A stretch of 64,000 nucleotides of DNA from assembly GCA_963749705.1 (NCBI GenBank), contig CAVVNQ010000003.1, positions 288,001-352,000 on the forward strand, read 5' to 3'. Every line of letters starts with the position of its first letter. Position 1 is the first letter of the stretch. Both the position numbers and the translations under genes were made by a program. Of this stretch, positions 9,436 to 19,726 are shown piece after piece. The notes under the pieces are model-generated. The model worked only from the letters and a program-made list of their open reading frames with translations, was not told where the DNA came from and ran no database searches. This stretch comes from an uncultured Chloroflexia bacterium. Its GTDB lineage: Bacteria > Chloroflexota > Limnocylindria > Limnocylindrales > CSP1-4.

Positions 9436-11508
9436 ATGAACGATCGTCCCGAGCTCCCCCCGACCCCGCGCCGCCCCGTCGTGGACACCTATCACGGCGT
9501 CGAGGTGGTCGATGACTACCGGTGGCTCGAGGATCGCTCCGACCCCGAGGTCCGGGCGTGGAGCGATGCCCAGAACCGGGCGTCGCGCGCGCACCTCGAT
9601 GCGCTGCCCTCGCACCCGATCCTCCGCGAGCGGGTCGCCGAGCTCCTCGGGACGTCCGTCCGCTACGGGCCCATCGGCTGGCGCGACGGTCGCCTGTTCG
9701 CCCTCAAGCTCCAGCCACCGCTCCAGCAGGTGCTCCTCGTCGCGATCGCCGATCTGGACGACCTGTCGAGCGAGCAGGTCGTCGTCGACCCGAACGCCCT
9801 GGACCCGACCGGGGCCACCGCGATCGACTGGGCCGTCCCCTCGCTCGACGGCGCGCTCGTCGCCGTCTCGCTGTCGGTGGGCGGCAGCGAGGACGGCACG
9901 CTCCATGTGTTCGACACCCGGACCGCGCAGGAGGTCGGCGAGCGGATCCCGAGGGTCCAGTACGGAACGGCGAGCGGCAGCGTCGCGTGGCTGGAGGGAT
10001 CGCGATCCCTGCTCTACACACGCTATCCGAGCAAGGGCGAGCGGGACGCGGCCGACCTCAACTTCTACCAGCAGGTCTGGCGCCACGAGCTCGGCTCGTC
10101 GGTGGCGTCGGATTCGTACGAGGTGGGCGGCGACTTCCCGCGGATCGCCGAGGTGTCGATGACGTCCTCGGAGGACGGGCGGCGCGTGTTCGCCCGGGTC
10201 GCCAACGGCGACGGTGGTGACGCCGAGATATGGCTGCGCGACCCGGACGGCCGTTGGCGTGGCCTGTTCACGTTCGAGGACCGGGTCGTGGGCGGGGCGT
10301 TCGGGCCCGATGCGCTGTGGCTCCGCAGCCTCGCCGATGCGCCGAACGGGAAGCTCCTCCGCCTGTCCCTGGACGGCGACCTCGCGTCCGCGACGACCGT
10401 CATCGCCGAGACGGGCGGGTCGATCGGCGCGTGGGCGGTCACCCGCAACCGCATCTATGTGGTTCGCCGCGAGGGCGGCCCGTCGCGGCTCGAGGCGTTC
10501 GACATGGATGGGCGGCTGGTCGGGACGGCGCCGGGTCCCGAGGTGTCCGCGGTCCGGTCGCTCGTGCGACTCGACGGCGACGAGGTGCTGTTCAGCCGCG
10601 TCAGCTACACCGAGCCCGAGGCGTTCTTCCGCTGGTCGGGTGAGGGCGAGCCGCGGCCGACCGCTCTGCGGGTCACCTCGAACGCCGATTTCTCGGGCGT
10701 GGAGGTCGTCCGCGATGAGGCGGTGGCGAAGGACGGGACGAGGATCCCGATCAGCATCCTCCGTCCGCGCGGGATCGCGCTCGACGGCGCCATTCCCACG
10801 CTCCTGTACGGGTACGGCGGATACGGTGTCAGCCTGGATCCCGTGTTCGATCCGGTCCTCCTCGCGTGGCTCGAGCAGGGCGCGGTCTACGCGGTCGCCC
10901 ACATCCGCGGCGGCGGCGAGTTCGGCGATGCGTGGCATCGGGCGGGCAACCTGGCCCGCAAGCAGACGGTGTTCGACGACTTCATCACGTGCGCCGAGCG
11001 GCTCATCGAGCTCGGCTACACGACCACGGAGCGGCTGGCGATCATGGGTGCGTCAAACGGCGGCCTCCTGATGGGCGCCGTGCTGACCCAGCGACCGGAC
11101 CTGTTCCGGGCGGTCGCCGCGAACGTCGGCGTGCTGGATGCGATCCGGGTCGAGAACGACGACAACGGCGCGTTCAACGTCACCGAGTTCGGCACCGTCA
11201 CCGACCCTGACCAGTTCCGGGCGATCCTCGCGTACTCGCCCACCGCGAACGTGCGCGACGGCGTGGCGTACCCGGCCGTGCTCCTGTCGACGGGGGCGAA
11301 CGACCCGCGCGTCGACCCCTACCACTCCCGGAAGATGGCGGCTCGCCTCCAGGCTGCGACGTCCTCGGGTCACCCGATCCTGCTGCGGACCACGGACAAG
11401 GCCGGCCACGGGATGGGGTCCGGCCTCGACGAGACCATCGCGCTCCGGTCAGACCAGCTCGCGTTCCTGCTCGATCAGCTCGGCGCGGAGGTCAGCACAC
11501 GGGGGTGA
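9436..11508 (+). CDS. Prolyl oligopeptidase (S9A)
   Basis: DDYRWLED, YGYGGY, RGGGEFG, GASNGG nucleophile, DPRV, AGHG. Confidence 0.93.
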   Translation: MNDRPELPPTPRRPVVDTYHGVEVVDDYRWLEDRSDPEVRAWSDAQNRASRAHLDALPSHPILRERVAELLGTSVRYGPIGWRDGRLFALKLQPPLQQVLLVAIADLDDLSSEQVVVDPNALDPTGATAIDWAVPSLDGALVAVSLSVGGSEDGTLHVFDTRTAQEVGERIPRVQYGTASGSVAWLEGSRSLLYTRYPSKGERDAADLNFYQQVWRHELGSSVASDSYEVGGDFPRIAEVSMTSSEDGRRVFARVANGDGGDAEIWLRDPDGRWRGLFTFEDRVVGGAFGPDALWLRSLADAPNGKLLRLSLDGDLASATTVIAETGGSIGAWAVTRNRIYVVRREGGPSRLEAFDMDGRLVGTAPGPEVSAVRSLVRLDGDEVLFSRVSYTEPEAFFRWSGEGEPRPTALRVTSNADFSGVEVVRDEAVAKDGTRIPISILRPRGIALDGAIPTLLYGYGGYGVSLDPVFDPVLLAWLEQGAVYAVAHIRGGGEFGDAWHRAGNLARKQTVFDDFITCAERLIELGYTTTERLAIMGASNGGLLMGAVLTQRPDLFRAVAANVGVLDAIRVENDDNGAFNVTEFGTVTDPDQFRAILAYSPTANVRDGVAYPAVLLSTGANDPRVDPYHSRKMAARLQAATSSGHPILLRTTDKAGHGMGSGLDETIALRSDQLAFLLDQLGAEVSTRG

Positions 11509-11554
11509 GGACCGGTCCGCGTCGCAGGCTGCAGGCGCCGGGCGTCAGCGCGAT

Positions 11555-12487
11555 ATGCAGGTGACGAGGATCCGGAGGCTCGCGCTGTTCGCCGGCGTTG
11601 CGGGCGCCGTTGCGATCGCAGCAGGTGTCGCGATCGTCGATCCGTCCCTCTGGCCCCGGCTGCTCGCCCGCCTCCGCCAGCCGGCACCGGTGACAGCGCT
11701 TGCGTCGCAGCCCGCCGTCGACGCGACCTCGATCCCCAGCGCGGTGCTCGGACGGTCGATGGCGATCGAGCGGTGGATCCCGGCCGGGACTGCGCCCCGC
11801 GACCGGCTCCCCGTCCTGTACCTGTTCCATGGCGTCGGCGGCAATGCCTCGTCGTGGTTCTCCGGGTCTGGCGGCGACGGCGTGGGTGTGGCGGGGGTCG
11901 CCCGCGACCTCGTCGCGGCCGGGCGGATCCGGCCGGTGGTGATCGTCTCGGCCGACATCGACAACAGCTATGGCGTCGATTCATCGCCGGCGCCCGATGG
12001 CTATGACCACGGCGCGTACGAGACCTACCTGCGCGACGAGCTGATCGCGGCCGTCGAGTCCCAGCACCCCGTGTCCCGGGTCGCCGCGGACCGCTACGTC
12101 GGCGGGCTCTCGATGGGGGCGTTCGCCGCGGCCCACCTCGCGCTCCGGGATCCCGGAGCGTTCGCCGGCATCGGCCTGCTGAGCCCGGCGATCTTCCAGG
12201 AGCTTCCGGCGGATCGCTCCTGGGAGTACGGCTCCAATCCCGCCGCCAACGACCCGCTCCGTTTGGCCGAAGGCGCGGACGTGCGAGCCTGGCGGGCCTT
12301 TGTTGGGGTTGGGAACGACGACTACGACTGGATCCGGGCGTCGGCCCCCGTCCTGGCGCAGCGGCTGCGCGACGGCGGTGCCGCGACGGAAGAGCAGGCG
12401 GTTCTCGGGGGACACGAAGTCACCACCTGGCGGGCGCTGGCGGCGCCGATGCTCGAGTGGCTGTTTGGGACCGACGGCGCGCCGTAG
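11555..12487 (+). CDS. Exported alpha/beta-hydrolase esterase
   Basis: N-terminal hydrophobic segment, PVLYLFHG, GLSMG nucleophile elbow, GGH..W. Confidence 0.8.
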   Translation: MQVTRIRRLALFAGVAGAVAIAAGVAIVDPSLWPRLLARLRQPAPVTALASQPAVDATSIPSAVLGRSMAIERWIPAGTAPRDRLPVLYLFHGVGGNASSWFSGSGGDGVGVAGVARDLVAAGRIRPVVIVSADIDNSYGVDSSPAPDGYDHGAYETYLRDELIAAVESQHPVSRVAADRYVGGLSMGAFAAAHLALRDPGAFAGIGLLSPAIFQELPADRSWEYGSNPAANDPLRLAEGADVRAWRAFVGVGNDDYDWIRASAPVLAQRLRDGGAATEEQAVLGGHEVTTWRALAAPMLEWLFGTDGAP

Positions 12488-12717
12488 CCGCGCTCCCCGG
12501 GTTCGGCTGCGGATGTACTCCCCGACGAGCGCGTCTCTCGCATGCTCGCGATGCCGACGAACGTCGAGTCCCGACCGGGCGGCGTGGCATGAGCCACAGG
12601 GCCGAGGGCGATGATGAATAGCGCAGAGACGGCGACGATCAGCGCCGCGCTCCATAGCAGCCGCTCTTCCGCCCAATCCAGCGTCCCGTTCGACGCCCGT
12701 ACGAAGAAACGCCGCCG

Positions 12718-13275
12718 TCACTCGATCGGGGGAGGCCGCTGCATCACGAACCCTGAACCTGACATTACTGCGTGGACGTCCCCGGGAAGAAGGAGCCGCC
12801 AAGCCTCACCGGCCGAGAGCGGATCCGGCGGCTCGATCTCCAGTGAGAATGGGCCACGGAACCGGAGATGGAGGCCACCACCCTCGGTGACGGTCGCCTC
12901 CTCGACCGTCCGCTCATCAACGGCTGTATTCGCCAAGTAACGTCCGAGGAGCTCGTCACGTAATGTCCGCGACCCCAGATCGGGGTCAAACGGAGCATCA
13001 GGATCCTGCGTCGTGGGCTTGAGGATGTCGTCGTACGTGACGAGCGGGACCTCGGCGTCGATGAGTCTCCACCAACTCTGAATGTGAAGCCGGTACTCGC
13101 CGATCGCGCGATGATGACCGTGGCGATCAACAATCGGTGTCTCGATGCCGAAGTCGAAGATCTGCATGTCCGCGGCCCGGCGTGCGCCGAACATCGGCTT
13201 CCCGACCAGCACTTGGATCACCTCGGCCGGCGGCGGTTCGCCGGCTGACTCTCCGCGGAGCGCTTGATCACGCAT
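12718..13275 (-). CDS. Hypothetical protein
   Basis: Open frame, globular composition (RAADMQIFDFG, LHIQSWWRL, EAWRLL); TATCGT 8 nt before ATG; less GC-skewed than neighbours. Confidence 0.65.
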   Translation of the reverse strand: MRDQALRGESAGEPPPAEVIQVLVGKPMFGARRAADMQIFDFGIETPIVDRHGHHRAIGEYRLHIQSWWRLIDAEVPLVTYDDILKPTTQDPDAPFDPDLGSRTLRDELLGRYLANTAVDERTVEEATVTEGGGLHLRFRGPFSLEIEPPDPLSAGEAWRLLLPGDVHAVMSGSGFVMQRPPPIE

Positions 13276-13355
13276 GTCGAACAACGATAGGACGATCGTG
13301 CGCGCGGCCGGGGATCGTGACGCCGCGGGCGAGTGATCGTCGCGACGTCCCTCGA

Positions 13356-13844
13356 CTAGCCTTCCGACTCCCCCTCCGGGCTGTCCTGGATCCGGTGGAG
13401 CAGGCCGATGTAGGCGCGCAGCTCGTCGTCGGCGAGCACGCTCATCCAGGTCTTCTCATTGCGGTGGACGAGGGTCCGAACCGCCTGCAGCACCTCGAGC
13501 CCCTGGGGCGTGATGTCGACCAGGATGCTGCGACGGTCAGCGGGGTTCGCCGTCCGGCGCACGAAGCCGCGTCGCTCGAGCGAGTCGAGCAGCCCCGTCA
13601 CCGTCGCCCGGGTGACGATCAGGCGCTCCCCGAGCTCGGACGGCGACATCCGTCCGTGGTCGCGGAGCATCCCGAGCACCAGACCACCCGCGGCGCTGAC
13701 GCCCAGCGGCCGGAGCAGGCGACCGATCCGCTCGAACAGCAGGTCGGCCGTCCGCATCGTGTTCATGACCGCCTCGGTCGCGAGGATGTTCCCGTCGGGC
13801 GTCTGGTCATAGAAGTCGTCGGGCATCCGGATCTTTGCACCCAT
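13356..13844 (-). CDS. MarR family transcriptional regulator
   Basis: SPSELGERLIVTRATVTGLLDSLERRGFVRR..DRRSILVDIT. Confidence 0.92.
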   Translation of the reverse strand: MGAKIRMPDDFYDQTPDGNILATEAVMNTMRTADLLFERIGRLLRPLGVSAAGGLVLGMLRDHGRMSPSELGERLIVTRATVTGLLDSLERRGFVRRTANPADRRSILVDITPQGLEVLQAVRTLVHRNEKTWMSVLADDELRAYIGLLHRIQDSPEGESEG

Positions 13845-13850
13845 ATGCCC

Positions 13851-13901
13851 ATCATACGGGTGTTGACAATACGGCGGCTAACTATATACTTAGGGGCCTA
13901 A
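13851..13901. promoter_or_regulatory. Divergent promoter region with probable MarR operator
   Basis: TTGACA 13863-13868 and TATACT 13885-13890 on +; TATGAT on - 6 nt before marR ATG; palindrome TTAGG-GG-CCTAA 13890-13901. Confidence 0.6.
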
Positions 13902-13958
13902 CGACCGATGACGGCGTCGTCACCGGTCACCCGAGCAACGAGCACAGGGAGCGTCCCC

Positions 13959-14243
13959 ATGGCCAAGGTCATCGTCCAGCACCACGTCGCCGACTACGAC
14001 CGCTGGTTCCCCGTCTACACCGAGCACGAGGCCGTCCGGCGGCAGCACGGGGGCACCGGCCACGTCATCACGCGCGAGGCATCTGATCCGAACTCGCTGG
14101 TCGTCGTCAACGAGTTCGCGACGCTCGACGGCGCCCGCGCGTTCTCCACCGACCCTTCGCTTCCCGAGGCCATGCAGCGGGCGGGGGTCGACAGCGCGCC
14201 CCTGGTCTGGATCGTCGACGACGCGGAAGCCCGCGCGTACTGA
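13959..14243 (+). CDS. Small dimeric alpha-beta barrel (ABM/cyclase-like) protein
   Basis: VQHHVADYDRW...DPNSLVVVNEF...AMQRAGV pattern; GGGAG RBS; divergent from MarR. Confidence 0.75.
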   Translation: MAKVIVQHHVADYDRWFPVYTEHEAVRRQHGGTGHVITREASDPNSLVVVNEFATLDGARAFSTDPSLPEAMQRAGVDSAPLVWIVDDAEARAY

Positions 14244-14791
14244 GCCTCGAGCCGCGCCCGCCGGGGAATCCGATCACCGGTCGGGCGCGGCAACCTCACC
14301 GGACCCCACGCTGGCAGACGACGCCCTTGGCACGGCGCGACCTTCGTCTGCGCGCCCGCCACCCCGATCGGCTCTTGCGCGCAGATCCGCGGCCTTGCGG
14401 GCCTTGGCTGACAGGATCTCGCCCGGACGCAGTTGCGTGCATCCTGGAAGCCGATGACTAGGATGTACTCGTGTGCTCCGAGAACGCATTCACCCCCCTG
14501 AGCTTGAGTGTCTGACCCGCCATATACCGTGACCTCAGAACCCCGGAGGTCGCGGGGGCCTGCGTCCGGGCCCAGAGCGATGTCTGGACCATCTTCCAAG
14601 AAGCGCCATGGAGCCACCGCCACTGCCGGCTCCCATGAATGGGGTGGGATCCGGCGATCCCCGCATGGTAGGAAGTGTCCGAGTTCCATCTTCGGGAGCG
14701 AGCGAATCCATCAGATCTCCAGCGTAGCGGTCTCGAGGCTCCGGCCGTGACCGGCAACTTCAGATCTGCCTTCTACTACCCCGGCCCACCG

Positions 14792-14846
14792 TTGACGCTC
14801 TGCGAGCGGCGGTCTAGACTCAATCCCGACGAAATCGGTCGGATTT
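14792..14846 (+). promoter_or_regulatory. Promoter of the suf/cys operon plus IscR type-1-like operator
   Basis: TTGACG-17nt-TAGACT (14792-14820); AATCCCGAC-N7-GTCGGATTT 14822-14846. Confidence 0.72.
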
Positions 14847-14919
14847 CCCCGGCGCGGCGGCCTCCTCGCCGCGGGCGTCCCCCCGGGGAACCTCCGACCG
14901 GACCCGAGAGGACCGAACC

Positions 14920-15465
14920 CTGACCACCCGCGCGACCTTCCACGGATCCGGCGCCGTCGCCTTCAGCACGAAGGGCGAGTACGGCGTGCGGCTGATGGTC
15001 CAGCTGGGCCGCCGGTATGGCACCGGCCCCGCCAGCCTGGCCGAGATCGCGCTGGACGAGGACCTGCCGCGCGCCTACCTGGAGCAGCTCGTCACGAGCC
15101 TCCGGGACGCCGGCCTGGTCGTGTCCACGCGCGGCGCGCGCGGCGGCTACGAGCTTGGCTCCCCGCCCGACAGCATCCGGATGAGCGACGTCCTGCGCGC
15201 GCTGGAAGGCCCGATCGCCCCGATGATCTGCGCGTCGGACGAGCACGAGCACACCACCTGCGACCGCTCGGCCCGATGCACGGTCAACGTCCTGTGGGTG
15301 GCGGTCCGCGACGCGATCTCGGGCACGCTCGACGCCATGACGCTGGCGGACCTCGTCCCCGCCCGGCACATCACCCTCGACCCCCGCGACCCGGCCGCGT
15401 CCCCGGCCGTGGTCGCGCCGGGGTCGGCCCCCAGTACCGCAACCCTCCAGGGAGCCTCTTCGTGA
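14920..15465 (+). CDS. Rrf2 family (IscR-like) regulator, probable CTG start
   Basis: [33 protein letters not shown], three Cys (C-x9-C-x5-C); no ATG/GTG/TTG in frame upstream of STKGEYG. Confidence 0.88.
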   Translation: MTTRATFHGSGAVAFSTKGEYGVRLMVQLGRRYGTGPASLAEIALDEDLPRAYLEQLVTSLRDAGLVVSTRGARGGYELGSPPDSIRMSDVLRALEGPIAPMICASDEHEHTTCDRSARCTVNVLWVAVRDAISGTLDAMTLADLVPARHITLDPRDPAASPAVVAPGSAPSTATLQGASS

Positions 15466-16343
15466 CCGATACCAACGACCGCGAGCTCGTCATCTCGGAC
15501 CTTCGGGTCGCGCCGATCGCGCACCCGGAGACGGAGATCCTCCAGGGGATCAACCTCACGATCCGCAAGGGCGAGACCCACGCGATCATGGGTCCCAACG
15601 GCTCCGGCAAGACGACCCTCGCCTACGCGCTCATGGGTCACCCCGCCTACGTCGTCAAGAGCGGCGAGGTCACCTGGAAGGGCCGCAACCTGCTGGCGCT
15701 GTCCCCGGACAAGCGGTCCCGCCTCGGGCTGTTCCTCGCCTTCCAGTACCCGACCGCGATCCCCGGGCTGAGCGTGGCGAGCTTCGTCCGCAGCGCGCTC
15801 AACGCCAAGCTCCAGGGCATCGACAAGGACCCCGACATCGATCCCACCGACAGCATCAAGGGCGGGGTCTCGATGCTCGAGTTCCGGCGCAAGATGCGGG
15901 AGAAGATGGCGCTCCTCAAGATGGAGGACAGCTTCGCCAGCCGGTACGTCAACGATGGCTTCTCGGGCGGTGAGAAGAAGCGGCTGGAGATGCTCCAGAT
16001 GGCGATGCTCGAGCCCGAGTTCGCGGTGCTCGACGAGACAGACTCGGGGCTGGACATCGACGCCCTGCGCATCGTGGCCGAGGGCGTCAACGCGATGCTC
16101 AACCCGGAGATGGGCGTTCTCCTGATCACGCACTACCAGCGGCTGCTCAACTACATCACGCCCGATTACGTCCACGTGCTGGCGGCCGGCCGGATCGTGA
16201 CCTCCGGTGGCAAGGAGCTCGCGATCCGACTCGAGGACGAGGGCTACGGCCCGATCCTGCGCGAGAACGGCCTGGCGACCGACGTTCCCGACGAGGCGCT
16301 CGCCATCCCCCTGGAGCCCGAGGTCGCCGGCGCGAGCCGGTAG
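15462..16343 (+). CDS. sufC: Fe-S assembly ATPase SufC
   Basis: [53 protein letters not shown]. Confidence 0.95.
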   Translation: MTDTNDRELVISDLRVAPIAHPETEILQGINLTIRKGETHAIMGPNGSGKTTLAYALMGHPAYVVKSGEVTWKGRNLLALSPDKRSRLGLFLAFQYPTAIPGLSVASFVRSALNAKLQGIDKDPDIDPTDSIKGGVSMLEFRRKMREKMALLKMEDSFASRYVNDGFSGGEKKRLEMLQMAMLEPEFAVLDETDSGLDIDALRIVAEGVNAMLNPEMGVLLITHYQRLLNYITPDYVHVLAAGRIVTSGGKELAIRLEDEGYGPILRENGLATDVPDEALAIPLEPEVAGASR

Positions 16344-16349
16344 CGCGCG

Positions 16350-17673
16350 ATGACCACCGAGGCACGCCCGCTCGCGGCCGCCGCTGTCGGGGACGCGACC
16401 CCGTCCCCGTCAATCGGCGCGCACCACTGCGGCACTGGACGCCGCGCGGATCCGACGCGACTTTCCGATCCTCGACCAGCAGGTCCACGGCCACCGGTTC
16501 GCCTACCTGGACTCCGCGGCGACCTCGCAGAAGCCGCTCGCGGTGATCGAGGCGGTGGATGCCTACTACCGGGAGTACAACGCCAACGTCCATCGCGGGA
16601 TCTACACCATCGGCGAGCGGGCGACGGCCGCCTACGAGGCGGCGCGCGTCAAGGTCGCGACGCTGATCGGGGCGCCGGACGCGCACGAGGTCGTGAACGT
16701 CCGCAACGCGACCGAGGCGATCAACCTCGTGGCGTACTCGTGGGGGCGCAAGAACATCGGCCGCGGCGACGTGATCGTGCTGACCGAGATGGAGCACCAC
16801 GCCAACCTCGTCCCGTGGCAGCTGCTCGCCCAGGAGAAGGACGCGGACCTCGAGTTCATCCCGATCACCGACGACGGCGTCCTCCGCCAGGACGTGTTCG
16901 AGGTGCTGTTGCGGCTCAAGCCCAAGCTGGTCGCGTTCGCGCACGTGTCGAACACGCTGGGCACGATCAACCCCGTCGAGGACATGACCCGCCGGGCGCA
17001 CGAGGCCGGCGCGCTGGTCCTGATCGACGGCGCCCAGGCGGTGCCGCACCTGCCCGTCGACGTGGCCGCGATCGGCTGCGACTTCTACGTGTTCAGCGGA
17101 CACAAGGCGCTCGCGCCCATGGGCTCCGGCGCGCTGTGGGCCCGCCGCGAGCTGCTCGAGGCGATGCCGCCGTTCCTGGGCGGCGGGGAGATGATCCGCG
17201 AGGTCCACCTGCGCCGATCGGAATGGAACACCGTCCCGCACAAGTTCGAGGCCGGCACGCCGGACGTGTCCGCCGCCATCGGTCTCGGCGTCGCCGCCGA
17301 CTACCTGCTCGAGCTGGGCATGGACAAGGTGTTCGCGCACGAGCAGGCGCTCGCGGCGTACGCCCTCGATGTCCTGGCGCGCGAGGTCCCGGGGATCGAG
17401 CTGTACGGGCCGCCCGCAGCGCAGCGGGTCGGCGTCGTGTCGTTCAACCTGCCGGGTGTCCACCCGCATGACGTGGCGCAGGTGCTGGACCGCTTCGGGG
17501 TGGCCGTCCGCGCCGGGCACCACTGCACGATGCCGCTCCACGAGCGGCTGGATCTCACGGCGACGGCGCGGGCCTCGTTCCAGGTGTACACGACGCGGGA
17601 CGACATCGACGCGCTCGTCAACGGCCTTCGCGAGGTGGTCAAGCTCTTCGGCGCTCCACCGTCGCTATCCTGA
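16350..17673 (+). CDS. sufS: SufS-type cysteine desulfurase with a +1 frameshift near the 5' end (between 16350 and 16435)
   Basis: RRDFPIL, YLDSAATSQKP, EHHAN, FSGHK, FEAGTP, RAGHHC; ATG 16350 is out of frame with the conserved body. Confidence 0.92.
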
Positions 17674-17680
17674 GCACGGC

Positions 17681-18076
17681 ATGGACGACCTGTACCGCGA
17701 CTACATCCTCGAGCACTATCGGCGACCCCACAACTTCGGGGTCCTCGACGAGCCGTCCGCGACCCATGAGGGCGCGAACCCGTTGTGCGGCGACCGGATC
17801 ACGATGCAGCTGACGATCCGCGACGGCGTCGTCGAGGACATCGGGTTCACCGGCCGCGGCTGCGCGATCAGCCAGGCCTCGGCCTCCCTGCTGACCGACG
17901 AGATCAAGGGCAAGCCCGTGGCCGACGCGGCCGACTTCGGTGCGGCCGACCTGCTCGACCTGCTCGGGATCGACATCAGTCCGGCCAGGCTCAAGTGCGC
18001 GATGCTCAGCTTCGACTCCCTGCAACACCTGCTCGACGAGGTCGGCGCGAAGCCGCTCGTGAAGGAGCAGGGCTGA
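17681..18076 (+). CDS. sufU: SufU/NifU-N Fe-S protein
   Basis: LYRDYILEHYRRPHNFG, NPLCGD, GCAISQAS, RLKCA. Confidence 0.93.
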   Translation: MDDLYRDYILEHYRRPHNFGVLDEPSATHEGANPLCGDRITMQLTIRDGVVEDIGFTGRGCAISQASASLLTDEIKGKPVADAADFGAADLLDLLGIDISPARLKCAMLSFDSLQHLLDEVGAKPLVKEQG

Positions 18077-18220
18077 TGCGCCGCTGCGCGTGTCGCCGGC
18101 CGGCCTGACGCCGGCACGTCCCCGGCATCCGTCGGCGCGAACCACGCGCACCCGACCGGGAGCCCCCGACCCATCGTCCCCGCCCCGCCGTTCCACCGGC
18201 GGCCCGTCGTCCATCGGAGC

Positions 18221-19426
18221 ATGAACTCTCCAATGCCCAAGACCTATGCCGAGCTCCTCCGCGAGGCCCGCAGCGAGATCCGTGAGGTCACGCCGGCCGA
18301 GACGGATGCGCTGCGCCAGCGCGGCGGCATCGCGCTGATCGACGTCCGCGAGACGTCCGAGTGGGAGCAGGGCCACCTGCCCGGCGCGACCCACGTGTCC
18401 AAGAGCTACCTCGAGCAGGAGATCGAGGCCGCGGTCCCGAAGCGGGACACGCCCGTGGTCCTGTACTGCGCAGGTGGCATTCGCTCGCTGTTCGCCGGCC
18501 AGACGCTGGCGGCGATGGGCTACACGGATGTCGCCTCGATGACCGGCGGCTTCCAGGCCTGGAAGGGGCAGGGTCTCGACTGGACCCAGCCGGTCGTGCT
18601 CAGCGACCAGCAGAAGCTGCGCTACAGCCGTCACCTGCTGATCCCCGAGGTGGGGTCGGCCGGCCAGGCGAGGCTGCTGGGCTCGAAGGCGCTGCTGATC
18701 GGCGCCGGCGGGCTCGGGTCGCCGGCCTCGCTGTACCTCGCGGCCGCGGGCGTGGGCACGATCGGGATCGTCGACTTCGACGTCGTCGACCTGTCGAACC
18801 TCCAGCGCCAGGTCGTCCACACCAGCGACCGCGTGGGGGAGAAGAAGGTCGAGTCCGCACGCAGGACGCTGACCGCGCTCAATCCCGACGTGACCGTGGT
18901 CGCCCACGAGGAGATGCTGGTCGCGGACAACGTGGAGCGGATCATCGCCGGCTACGACGTCATCCTCGACGGCACCGACACGTTCGAGACGCGGTACATC
19001 CTCAACGACGCCGCGGTGGCGGCCGGGATCCCCGTCGTCCACGCGTCGGTGTTCCGGTTCGAGGGCCAGCTCACGACCTTCGTCCCGTACGAGGGCCCGT
19101 GCTACCGCTGCCTGTACCCGACGCCGCCGCCGCCCGAGCTCGCCCCCGGCTGCTCGGTGGCCGGGGTGCTGGGCGTGGTACCCGGGATCATGGGACTCCT
19201 CCAGGCGAACGAGGTGCTCAAGCTGCTGCTGGGGATCGGCGAGACGCTGGCCGGCCGGCTGCTGCTGTTCGACGCCCTCGAGACCGAGTTCACGGAGCTC
19301 AAGCTGCGGCGCGATCCGCACTGCCCGGTCTGCTCGGACGAGGCCCGGGCCGCGCGGGACGCGGGGACGCCGATCGCGGCTCCGGCCTACGGCGAGGGCG
19401 TGTTCACGCTCGGAGGATCGAGGTGA
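18221..19426 (+). CDS. moeB: Rhodanese + ThiF/MoeB adenylyltransferase (MoeZ/MoeBR-type E1-like enzyme)
   Basis: DVRE..EW..GHLPGA and YCAGGIRS rhodanese; RYSRH, IGAGGLGSP, SNLQRQ, CYRC, CPVC; start may be 18233. Confidence 0.92.
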   Translation: MNSPMPKTYAELLREARSEIREVTPAETDALRQRGGIALIDVRETSEWEQGHLPGATHVSKSYLEQEIEAAVPKRDTPVVLYCAGGIRSLFAGQTLAAMGYTDVASMTGGFQAWKGQGLDWTQPVVLSDQQKLRYSRHLLIPEVGSAGQARLLGSKALLIGAGGLGSPASLYLAAAGVGTIGIVDFDVVDLSNLQRQVVHTSDRVGEKKVESARRTLTALNPDVTVVAHEEMLVADNVERIIAGYDVILDGTDTFETRYILNDAAVAAGIPVVHASVFRFEGQLTTFVPYEGPCYRCLYPTPPPPELAPGCSVAGVLGVVPGIMGLLQANEVLKLLLGIGETLAGRLLLFDALETEFTELKLRRDPHCPVCSDEARAARDAGTPIAAPAYGEGVFTLGGSR

Positions 19427-19710
19427 GCACGGTCAAGTTTCCCGCCGTGCTCCGCGCGAACGTCGGCGGCGCGCGCGAGGTTGACGCCGCCGGGTCCACG
19501 ATCGGCGAGGTGCTCGACACGCTCGTGTCGACCTATCCGTCATTGCGCGACCAGCTGTTCACCGACGACGGCGAGCTCAACCGGTTCGTCAACGTGTACG
19601 TGAACGGGCAGGACGTGCGCTACCTCGACGGTCGCAGGACGGCGGTCGCCGAGTCGGACGAGGTCCGGCTGCTGCCCGCGATGGCCGGTGGAGCCGGCGA
19701 GGCGAGGTGA
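19423..19710 (+). CDS. Ubiquitin-like sulfur carrier (MoaD/ThiS/CysO family)
   Basis: FVNVYVNGQDVRYL, LLPAMAGG followed by AGEAR; GTGA overlap with moeB. Confidence 0.9.
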   Translation: MSTVKFPAVLRANVGGAREVDAAGSTIGEVLDTLVSTYPSLRDQLFTDDGELNRFVNVYVNGQDVRYLDGRRTAVAESDEVRLLPAMAGGAGEAR

Positions 19711-19726
19711 CGCCGGGCGCGGCGGG

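Noticed and set aside
12488-12717. Hydrophobic minus-strand fragment (LLWSAALIVAVSALFIIALG)
   Set aside because: No convincing start, overlaps the esterase end; at most a gene remnant
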